DNA from: Leucoraja ocellata
Taxonomy: Eukaryota
Direction of reading: 5' to 3'
Assembly: GCA_036785375.1 (NCBI GenBank)
Contig: JAWMAR010000085.1
Coordinates: 4,030,001-4,094,000, forward strand
Length of the DNA stretch: 64,000 nucleotides
In this document: one piece after another, positions 13,019 to 23,369 of the stretch
Position numbering within the stretch: position 1 is the stretch's first letter
Layout: every line of letters starts with the position of its first letter
Program-made: the position numbers and the translations under genes
The notes under the pieces: model-generated
Told to the model about the DNA's origin: nothing
Database searches by the model: none
The model's input: only the letters and a program-made list of their open reading frames with translations

Positions 13019-13206
13019 CTACTTTGAAAACAGCTTAGGTTAATGATAGATGCCCTACACCTAACATTACAAATAAAATCATGTTGCTCTAATGTTCTGA
13101 GAAACACCTAAATATTATGCTTTTGAATATTTCAATAGAGATGTGTTTTTTTCCTGTAAATCACAACAGACTCCTTACAACTCACAAAGAATATGTCTCC
13201 TTAGAT

Positions 13207-13390
13207 GGACATAAAATACTGGAGTAACTCAGCAGGCCAGGTAGCATATCAGGATAAAATAGATGGGCAATGTTTCAGGTTGGGATCCTTCTTCAGACTG
13301 ATTGTAAGGGAAAGCAAGAAAGGACCAGGACCAATTAGGGGCGACAACAAAAGACAGGGTGGTTCCAATATTGGCCAGGGAGATGTGATC
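13207..13390 (-). repeat. Penelope-derived repeat fragment
   Basis: actggagtaactcagcaggccaggtagcat...tgtttcaggttgggatccttcttcagactg (decayed core on the minus strand). Confidence 0.75.
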
Positions 13391-14239
13391 TCAAGAGGAA
13401 TACATCGTTGAATGTATCTCCTAAGTGGACTCTTCGTATCTCCTACATATGTGTCCAACTCATTCCATCAAATGAAGCTCAACAATTTATGGACAGAAGT
13501 ATCCTTCTATCCTACAAAGACATCCAATTTTCTGCAAGTGACATTTTATTTGCCAATATTTTTTTTTAAAGCCAAATAAAATATTAATAAAGTGTTTGAT
13601 TCTTGTGGATTTAGTTTCTGTAGGGCACAGCTCCTGAATTTAAACATCGATCGAATTTAAACACTCATATTCTATGCTGTCACACCATTAATATATCCAC
13701 AGAAATTTCATATATTATATCGCATATTTCATTGTGACATAAAAGGCAGCCAATTTGACCCATCGAGTATGCTTCTTCCCATTGCTCAAATAAATTTCCT
13801 TGCAATTCATTCTCTCCAAATTTATATCAAGAGTGCTCCTCCCCCTAGATTTCACCGCCAGTGGTAATTAATGGTGGCTATTCAAACTACCAACCCACAT
13901 CACTTTTGGATACAAGAGAAAACCAGTGGAAACCATGCAAGGGAGAATGAGCTAAGTCCACATTGACCACATTGTGGCCAGTATCAAACCTGGGCTGCTG
14001 TGCCTAGAAGGAAGGTAATCTGCTAGCCCACAAATTAAGTGGCAGCCTGATTATTCTTATTATAAACAAAAAAATGTCCATCTAAAATGATTTATTATTT
14101 GGGCACAAGTGATTTAGACTGCCCTTAAATATATAAATTGCTTTTCTATTGATAATTAATTAAAATTTGATAGAATAGAAGTTGATTAGATTAATCAGTT
14201 TCTGTTTAATGCATTATATAATTGTATATTCAATGCGGA

Positions 14240-14335
14240 GGAAGGAACTGCAGATGCTTGTTTAAACGGTAGATAGACACTAAAAGCTGGAGTAACTCAG
14301 CAGGACAGGCAGCATCTCTGGACAGAAGGAATGGG
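14240..14335 (-). repeat. Penelope-derived repeat half copy
   Basis: gaaggaactgcagatgcttgtttaaac...gctggagtaactcagcaggacaggcagcatctctgg, same as the left arm of 22609-22735. Confidence 0.8.
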
Positions 14336-14464
14336 TAAAATTACAGGTTTAAAATCGATGGAATTTTTCACATGGAAAAGCTGTTTAACCTATTTTACCC
14401 AACTGAGTCTTAACTTTATTATAACAACACAAGCAGTCAAAAAGTTCAAAACATGTCACCTTAC

Positions 14465-14821
14465 CCAAAATGGAATTTTGTCTTTTTCTTTTCATCCTGA
14501 AAATTTCTGGCATCATTGATCGATTGATGCAAGTCTCATTGTACCCCTTCATCTCTGATTGTACTTCATGAGTGTATATTTCGTCCTGGTTGCTTCCTAA
14601 AATGTCCTTACAATATTGATTATCCTGATCAAAGGTTGACTCAGAATTATAACTTGCATCCTCAGGATGAGATGTCTGTTGAGGTTTTTCAAAGTCCTGA
14701 TTAGAAGAAGATACTTTCTGTGTGGTGGAACTATCTGCCTTGCTTTGATCAGTCCAATATTCGCCATTTTCATAATTTTCAACCAACCGATCTAGGTGCT
14801 TTGCATTGCCATCTAGATCAT
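14465..14821 (-). CDS. BCOR: BCOR exon 7 (divergent acidic region)
   Basis: tttttctgcag|AT GAT CTA... open for 357 nt to ...MKRKRQNSIL G|gtaag. Phase 1-1 links exons 6 and 8. Ends in a basic KRKR cluster, as mammalian exon 7 does. Sequence similarity is otherwise low. Confidence 0.8.
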
Positions 14822-15013
14822 CTGCAGAAAAAGTTGCTAATTAGTTCCCATGTGTACTTCAATGTGATAACAAGCAGAATTTAGTGTATTTTCTTCCAAA
14901 TAACTCTTTTGGAAATAAAACTTTTTTTTCAATTGAGAGAAAAAGTTAATTAATGACAATTGTTCAAGCCTTGCCCAAACTACTGAAATAGTTAGAACAG
15001 TAGTGACAAATTG

Positions 15014-15301
15014 TTTAGTTTCCTTTAGAGAAACAGCGTGGGAACAGGCCCTTCAGTCCAGAGTCCGCGCCTACCAGCGATCCCCGTACACCAGCACCAT
15101 CCTACACACTAGGGACAATTTAATTTTTTTACCAAAGCCAATTCACCTTATACATCTTTGGGAGGAAAACAGAGCATCTGGAGAAAACCAACAGTGATCA
15201 CGGGGAGAACGGACAAACACCTGTGCAGACAGCACCCGTAGATAGAATCAAACCCGGTTCCCTGGCGCTGTAAGGCAGCAACTACACCAATGTGCCACCC
15301 G
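15014..15301 (-). mobile_element. V-SINE, inverted
   Basis: Reverse complement of the SINE at 33817 (cacggggagaacggacaaac...aatcaaacccggttccctggcgctgtaaggcagcaact...gtgccacc). Confidence 0.85.
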
Positions 15302-16124
15302 CCCACCAGTTGGATACTGGAAATCATGCTAAATGATTTTAGGGTGACAGATGTGTTCTGGGAGCTTGTTCAAAAGAGAGAAAGCAAAAACCAACAAGTA
15401 CACTCAACTTGTACTCATGTCATGTTGGGAAATTCCCTGGATGAGGTCAAAACTGAAGGAACCCTTGTGAGTTTAAACAACGACACAAGGTTAAAAATGC
15501 AAGGAGACCAAGCCATGAGGGAATTTGAACCTGAAAGTGTGGTATTAAAATTAGTTTGCATTTGAGGACCAGGAGCTAAATATAATTTTTTTTAAATATA
15601 ATTTTGCATGCACTTGCCCAAAGAAAATTAAAAATTAGAAGTGCAAATTCAGCATAATACATTAGCTGTTACAGAGACAGGATAAGAATAATGATATAAA
15701 CATAACTCAGATGAAGTGTGTGTGTATATATATATATAAATAACTTTGAGCCTTTTGTGTGGAAGAAAGTATGAAGTTAATTCATATCGACAGCTTTGAA
15801 AATATGATTCCACGTGGAAAATCTCTTTCTCCACATAACAAAAATGTAACTTGTTCTTTCTATAGACCCAAATAATTGATTTGTACAGAACTACAAAATT
15901 GAAAATGATCAGCTCTCATCCATTGAGGAAACATGATAGTTGATAATTAAAATGTTAAATCTTTACTTAGAATGGAAAAATATCACAGATGAACAATGTA
16001 AGAATATGGGAAAGGAAAAAGGAACACAATAAATACATGAAAAAAGAAAGGCCTACATATACTTATGTTTTTCATCTTATAACGATGTCCCCAAAATACT
16101 TTACAGATGAAGTATTTTTTGAAA

Positions 16125-16640
16125 GTAGAAGCAAGGACTTAGGTTTACAAAACATAGACACAAAGTGCTGGAGTATCTCAGCGGGTCTGAAGATGGCTAC
16201 CAACCTGAAACATCACCTATCCATCTCCTGGGATACTATCTGACCCGCTGAGTTACTCCAGCACTCTGTGTTGTTACTTTTTGAAAGTCATTGTTGTTAC
16301 ACTTAGAAATGTGGGAACGAATGTATGCACATCTAGGTCCCATTAACAGTCAAAATATGATGGGTACACAAGAGTAAAAAAAAGAGCAGCTGGAGAAATT
16401 CAGCAGGTCAGCATCCGTGGAAGGAAATCGACAGTTGACATTTCGGGTCATTACCGTTTATGCAGACTGAAAGAGTAGAGTAGAGTTTGAGAACTGAAGA
16501 ACTGTTAAAATACGAGACATGAATTTACAAATGATGGAATCTTGTGTAGAACACAAAATGCTGGAGTAACTCAGCAGATCAGGCAGCATCTCTGGAGGAC
16601 ATGGATAATTGACATTTCCGTTCGGTATCCTTCTTCATAC
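16125..16640. repeat. Cluster of three Penelope-derived repeat fragments
   Basis: 16155-16270 (gggtctgaagatggctaccaacctgaaacatcacctatcc), 16388-16470 and 16550-16640 all carry the gctggag(t/a)aactcagc motif. Confidence 0.7.
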
Positions 16641-18770
16641 TAAATAGAATGTCTTGTAAATGCTAAGATGGGAATTTGAAAATGGTTACATCAAGGAATG
16701 ATGAGGGACACAAAAATTGAATGAAGGAAAAAAAAGAGTTTGAGAAGTTTTCAAAATGGATTAGTGGGAAAAAGGGATGTATGAAAAACTTGCAAATGAA
16801 ACAGAATCAGCTCATCCACAAATTGGGGAGAATGAGAGTACCAGTCACCCTACCACAGTTGGCTGTTGTGCACAGGTTTAAGGATCTCATTACAGAACAA
16901 AGATTGGAACACTAGAGAAGGAACATTTAGTACAGGTCATCCATGGCTAACAAACGGATTCCATTTTTACAGATGTCCACAAGTCAATTTTGTCCAATAG
17001 GCAGAAAATACATAAAAAATCACTCAATATGGTAACCATAACACCACAGTGTTGTAATGAATAGCATCAAAAGCACATGAGAATGATAAGAAAGAACAAT
17101 GACTAAAGTAGAGAGAAGAAACTAGTGGTGCTGTTTGCAGGAACAAACGTGTATATATATATACACATCAGGCATTATTTCCCAGTACTTGTACAGATGC
17201 TTCTTAGAAAAAAGTAGTTGCCTCCACCATCTTCCCAGACAGTTCATTGCAGAGGATGGATGTAATCTGGAACATACTGCCTTAGAAGATGGAGGAGTAC
17301 TTTCATTTAACTAAATTTAATTTAACTCTCAGTTAGGAACTATCAATGGAGATTTGACTTGCTAAGACAAGAAGGCATTGGACAAAGTGCTGGGTAACTG
17401 GGATTTGTACAAATAAGTATTTGACATGGTGGCCCAGAGGGCCAGGTTCTATGCTCTTTGACTCTATTAGTTGGTAAACAGGTAAAAGCAGCATAAATTT
17501 GGAAATAGTAGAGATCAAAAAGATCATACAACTATTAACACAATGCTATTACATTGATAGCGTCCACAGAACTAAGCTCATTACATTTAAAGCCGAGTTA
17601 GATAAATATTTGAAAAACATTGCTTAAAAATCATTCAGAGAAGAAGCATGCAGATGCGATGAGAGTAGATAGTTGGCATTGACAGATTAAAAGGTATTAG
17701 AGGCTAGATTTTTGACATTTCTACCAATAGTTAACAAGAAGAAGAGACAGATTTTTAGTAAGGATTCTGTCAAATCAAATAAATGAAGATTTGCAAAATC
17801 TCTAGTTTATTAGGTCCTTTTTATTTGTGCACCCATTTTCCTAAGCAATAATGGTTGGTTATAACTCATTTATGCATGTACCTAGTTTCAAATTCATTTC
17901 CATTTAAAATCAAAAATAACAATTCCATAAAAACCAAATCAATTACCAATAAATCAGTAAAAACTTCCATCTTCTAAGAACCTTTCTATTTGATCTGAAC
18001 CATTTTGGCGATAACATTTTTGAATTAATATTACTAAGAATGTATTATAAGTAGTCTGTCACCATTTCACAAGCCTTGAACCAAATTGTTGTACTCGAGT
18101 GTTAGTCAGCACTTGGACAATTATTCTAACAGATGAAATGTTATTTCGGTACATACCTCTGATAAGTTGAAGCTGTTTTTCTTTTGACTGTACCAAGAAC
18201 AATGCTTCAGAAATGAATAGTTACTGAACTGCACCAAGATGCTGACCACATACACCGTAAGTTTGAACATTATGGACATTTTAAAAATAGTTCCTTTGGC
18301 CACAACTGATCACCCTGAGCACTGAATTACAAGCACAACATTTTTGCTAAATTAATAATACTTTCTGAATTTTTTAAAATGTGTGGGGACCCATTTATAT
18401 TCCTTGAACTTTCCTCAATAGTGGAAAATGAATACATACCAGACTTGTTGTGCGCTCGCACTTGCAGAAGAAGTGGAATAAAGTCTTGGAATCCATTCTT
18501 TTGTTTCTTTTGGAAGGCTAATTTAAAGGCAAAAAAAAGCATTGCCTTATCCAAACAGTTGATTTTTCAGATAAAATAAGCTCAATACTATAAGCTGTTT
18601 TGGATGATGATCTTTTCCATAATACCATAGTTGAAGAAATATATAGAGAAATTACAGATTATATTGAATGCTTGATGCCTTCATGCTTACTATTTTAGCA
18701 GACACATGAACCCATTTTAAGTAAATGAGTTAATAATTGCAATAAAATAATAAGTAGGCAAATGGCATAT

Positions 18771-18860
18771 AGAAACATAGCAAATAGGTGCAGGAGTAGG
18801 CCATTCGGCCCTTCGAGCCTGCACCACCATTCAATATGATCATGGCTGATCATCCAACTC
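18771..18860 (-). mobile_element. Short CR1 3'-tail insertion
   Basis: agaaacatagcaaataggtgcaggagtaggccattcggcccttcgagcc...gatcatccaact, nearly identical to 47744-47832. Possible short TSD catat. Confidence 0.85.
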
Positions 18861-19589
18861 ATATGAAGATATGAAAGTCATTTGTCAATATCATTGACAT
18901 CAATTTAAAACGTAATAATTCTTATTCTATTTATATACTCTAACCTAACATTCACACTTAGACATTTTAGTGGTTATCATTGTGTAATGTTTGTTGCCGA
19001 GTCTTTTAACTTTAAATTTTCAAGTCACTAGATCACTTTGTTATACTTTTCAGCTGTATAAACTGGGATGTTCTGTAATTTGTTGGCCACTATGCATCAA
19101 TTAAGCTGCATTATAAATCGTTTTATTTGTCCCTAAGCTACGTGTTGCTGGAAAATAAAAGGTATCTGCATTTTAACTGAGTTCAGGTAGAGACTCATCT
19201 CCGATCAAATAGTCTGAACTGGCTTGTATGTGAACAGGCACCTAGGTAGGGACTCCCACCATCATGCATCAATGGCACTGAATAAAAAATATTTTTTACA
19301 ATATAAATATGACTTCTTGCTAGTGTTACTGTTAATAATATGCAAGATGAATATCGGTAGTGTTTAGCCTTCTAACCAACAGAGGACAATTATTTGTATA
19401 ACAGTGCATTTGTGTGGTTGCTGAAATCATTTGATCACAGCTAACAAGAATCATATGACTCATAGCACATCCTGTAATTTATCACCATGTGGTATACCAT
19501 GGTAATACTCCATAGCATTGTTGTCATGGTAATAGTTTCAATTCACCACAGCAACCAGGCAATTTCATTACTAGTCTTTCACTGTCAGG

Positions 19590-19965
19590 TAGATACAAAG
19601 TGCTGGAGTAACACAGCGGGTCAGGCAGCTTCTCTGAAGAAAAAGGATGGGTGATGTTTCCGGGCGGGACCCTTCTTCTGATTGAAAGGAGAGGGGAGGG
19701 AACTGGAGGTAAGAAAAGGAAGGGCTGGCAACAGATGACCAAGGAAGGGTGTAGCTCATAATTGCCCATTGTTGGCTTGGGAAGAGGTAATAACGAAGGG
19801 ATGCAAGGATGCGAACCGTGGAATTGGTAGGATGACTAAGGTGGGGGAGGAGGGAGGGGGAAAGGGTGGAATGCAGGAGTGCTGGGGATGCTGCCAGACC
19901 CACTGAGTTACTCCAGCACTTTGTGCCTATCTTCGGTATAAACCAGCCTCTACAGTTCCTTTCTA
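19590..19965 (-). mobile_element. Penelope-like element 3' end with an inverted terminal copy
   Basis: Left arm tgctggagtaacacagcgggtcaggcagc, a purine-rich 3'UTR shared with 28600-28930, and an inverted arm gatgctgccagacccactgagttactccagca. Confidence 0.8.
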
Positions 19966-21265
19966 TGCATTTGCACTGCCAAGTTCAAATGGCAGACAAG
20001 TAGGAAGACTAAGAGGGCATTCAAGAATTAACCAAAAGTTCCATAGCATTAACCACTTTGAGAGAGAAAACTTACTTGCTGAATTGATCAGTGACACTTG
20101 TACCTTTCACTTCTTAGAATCACTTTCTGAATAAGGTATTGAAAACCAGGTGATACTATAAGATACAGAAATACTAACTGCAATAGCCAAAAACACACAA
20201 ATATATCGGGATGAAATAATTGTTCGTTTAGAAAATGGGTCCTGGGTTATTATACTACACTATTCAGTCTGTTGTCTCTGATATCATATGAATTTCACAT
20301 GTTGGGATTAGGTTTCTTCTTGCATGTGCAACAAACTTTTGAATAATTCAAGCATAACTATCTAAACCACAGAACATGTGTGAAATTTTAAACTTGTTAT
20401 GTTTCTGTCAAATCTACATATTTTTTCTGCAATCTTTCAGTTTTGATCAAGGTTCAGATCCCGACACAAACTTTGTGAGATCCTGAAATTGCGAGATTCC
20501 ATCAGTAAAACTGGCTCAGGTCATCTTCAAATTTACCAGAGGCAATGGCTCAACATGTATTTACATGTTAGAAGGAATTAATTTACTAAGAAACTGCAGT
20601 ATTTCTTTAAAAATTAAAACTAGGCTGGCTGGTTGCAATGGTGTCCACTGTTCAAAGAATATATTTCTGAAAGTTAATAAATCCTCTTTTATTTTATAAT
20701 AGTTTTCTTTTTCTAATTTATGACAATAATGGCATAACCAAAATCAAGGTTATGTAAAATGAACAATAATTCAAAAATATATACTGCTCAACACATTTCT
20801 TCAAAAATATTTCAGACTATCAAGGTAATGTAGATAAAATTAAATTCCTATCATATCAATGGTAACTGCAAAACACTTCCCTTAGTTCATCTGGGTAAAG
20901 ATTTGAGTTTCTAACTTCTGGATCAAAACAGAGTGTTATTGTTCAAAAATATTTACTAGATCCTGAAATACTATTCACTGCAGTATATTCGTGCACTATC
21001 CCATGTAGAGTCCAGAGATGCAGCTAATCCCAAATTCCCAGCTCCTGTCTGGGATTTACTTTTCTTTGAACGGCTAAATGTTGGTGTCTCTGAGTGGAAC
21101 TGCCAGTCACAGCGGACATGATATGGTGCACCGATTTGAAAGTCATCATGGAGGAAAATATATTTTAACTGGAACTAACGTAAATATATACCATTGCTTG
21201 CAATTAATAGATCACTAACCCTTCCACATGCAATAATTTATCAATACACCTGCAATGTAATTCAC

Positions 21266-21446
21266 CTTCATCAAAATTCTCTATTGATGTAAACTCATCT
21301 TCCGAATCTTCCTTTGACTTTTCTTTCTTCCCAGTGAAGTTCTTCCATTCAGTGTCATCTATTTTGTTGTCCTCTAAACCATCCTCAGATACCATACTAT
21401 CATCCCGCTGTTTCATCTCAAGCTCAGAAAAGCGCATCATAGCACG
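21266..21446 (-). CDS. BCOR: BCOR exon 6
   Basis: ctag|CGT GCT ATG ATG = RAMMRFSELEMKQRDD...ENFDE. Donor AAG|gtgaat at 21266 gives phase 1, as the next exon requires. Confidence 0.92.
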
Positions 21447-21869
21447 CTAGAATTATAAATGAAAGTATTATTAAATGAAAAACATAATCTCTTATTGTCA
21501 GCAGTAACAAATTTGCCTTATTTTCACACCTGTACTGAATGCTCATTGAAAGAGAATTTCTAAAATCAGCAAAAGCTAACACTGAACAGTGTTCTTAAGT
21601 TGTATCAATGCACTATTTAATAAAATGAATAACCATAGTATCCCCTATGAAAAAAGAGGATTGTTGCATGTTTTTTAAAAAATCAGTATATTTCTATTGT
21701 ATATAATCTTTGAAACATGCTTGAGAGTTTCAACACAACCAAAGTAGTCTGTAGACTAGTGCTGGGGTCCACATCTATTGACTCACTGCCCAAACTTGTG
21801 TTAACTAAAATCATTTAACAATTCTTTTCATGTAAGTTAAACAATCTGAGAAAAATCTTAAGAACTGAC

Positions 21870-21926
21870 CTCACAGTAAGCAGCAGGCTGATTTAAAATA
21901 CTGTCCTCTTGTGATAATCCTTCCAT
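21870..21926 (-). CDS. BCOR: BCOR exon 5 (57 nt cassette exon)
   Basis: aatag|ATG GAA GGA TTA TCA CAA GAG GAC AGT ATT...TAC TGT GAG|gtcagt = MEGLSQEDSILNQPAAYCE (human MEGLQEDSILCLPAAYCE); phase 0-0. Not in the ORF track. Confidence 0.93.
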
Positions 21927-22608
21927 CTATTCAATTAAAATGATCACTCAGTGGGGAACTTTATCATTCATTTTTACAGACACAAACCATTATTTCACAA
22001 CAAGAATGAAAATCATCAAGAGGCTTTTCACCTATCAAAAATGTGTGTAAAGGTGGAATGTTTACTGAAAACCTTACATACAATAAATATATACAGTACA
22101 AATGTGTGAAAAAAGCAAAGAGGGAGGATGGGGAAGGGGTGAGGAATTCACCTAATTAATGGACCCATATGTTACATGGCTAGTGTAGGGAGAAAACGTA
22201 TTTTTAAGAGGTCATTAAACAGATCTCTAGTTTATACTGCTACACACTTTCTGGTTTAAGATTATCGTACAAGAACAATAATAGCAGGCAGTGCGAAGCA
22301 TGTTTTAACATGCTACAGAAATACAAAATAAGTGTGGCCATGCAGATTTCCAAAATTCATTCAAATAAGCAGCACAACCATGAATACAAGGACAAAGCCA
22401 TTACATGAAAGTGAACAAGTCTTCATGTTATTTCCTAACCACACTATATTTGGTGATTTTTTATACATACATATTATTTTATCCCTTGTTTTGAAAATAT
22501 GCATTATGTTGAGATGATACGAATGAGATGACTTTGTTAAGAAAACAGAAAATGAATGTGATCTCAATGGTATAACATAAAAACTGGCATCAATTAGACA
22601 AATTTGTT

Positions 22609-22846
22609 TATGAAGGAACTGCAGATGCTGGTTTAAACCAAAGATAGACACAAAATGCTGGAGTAACTCAGCCGAACAGGCAGCATCTCTGGATAGAAGG
22701 AATGGGTGACGATTCGGGTCGAGACCCTTCTTCAGTCCCTTCTTCAGTCTGAAGAAGGGTCTCGATCCGAAACGTCACCCATTCCTTCTATCCAGAGATG
22801 CTGCCTGTCCCACTGAGTTACTCCAGCATTTTGTGTCTATCTTCGG
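22609..22846. mobile_element. Palindromic non-autonomous Penelope-derived element with two back-to-back hammerhead-like cores
   Basis: Inverted arms of about 95 bp (22641-22735 and 22749-22842); 12-bp TSD gacaaatttgtt at 22597-22608 and 22847-22858. Confidence 0.88.
22749..22776 (+). ncRNA. Minimal type I hammerhead ribozyme motif (predicted)
   Basis: CUGAAGA-A-GGGU[CUCG]AUCC-GAA-ACGU-C: conserved core boxes, stem II, a palindromic ACGU minimal stem III and a GUC cleavage triplet. Activity is untested. Confidence 0.65.
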
Positions 22847-22880
22847 GACAAATTTGTTGATTGATGCCAAAACATATATG

Positions 22881-23140
22881 GGCACAGTAATTTAGTGGTC
22901 ATGGTATTGCACCAACAACCAGAAGGTCTTGAGTTCAAATTCCACCATGGCAATTTGAAGAAATAAATCAATTACATTTTGAAATTTGTGGACAATATGG
23001 TCTTGACTCCAATCAAAATCCTCCAAGGTTTGCCTGGTCTGGCCTGCAAGTAACTTCAGCCCCTTGCTATGTGACTGGCCATTCAGCTCCCCAGGATAAT
23101 GAGAGGGTCACTAAATATTGTCTTGCGGGTGTTGCCAATT
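22881..23140 (+). mobile_element. Old tRNA-headed SINE
   Basis: ggcacagtaatttagtgg...gagttcaaattccaccatggca (B-box-like), then gcctggtctggcctgcaagtaacttcagcc; decayed. Confidence 0.5.
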
Positions 23141-23369
23141 TACTTTCATGCTCATGAAATTGTTATGATAGATTAGTCCACTGAATAATTCCTTCATTTC
23201 ATGGCCTAGCAATAGGGTGTATGGAGCAGCCTTCAGAAAGTTTCAGAAACCTATTTTAAGTAGTGTTCATGTCTCTCAAGCAAGAATATTAAACGTTAAA
23301 AATGCTTTATAAAATCAAATATTTATTTAAAATAAAGAAGCACCACTGACAAACAAGTTAACAACTCAC

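Noticed and set aside
21250-21266. Alternative exon 6 donor GCAG|gtgtat at 21250
   Set aside because: It gives phase 2, which does not fit phase-1 exon 7.
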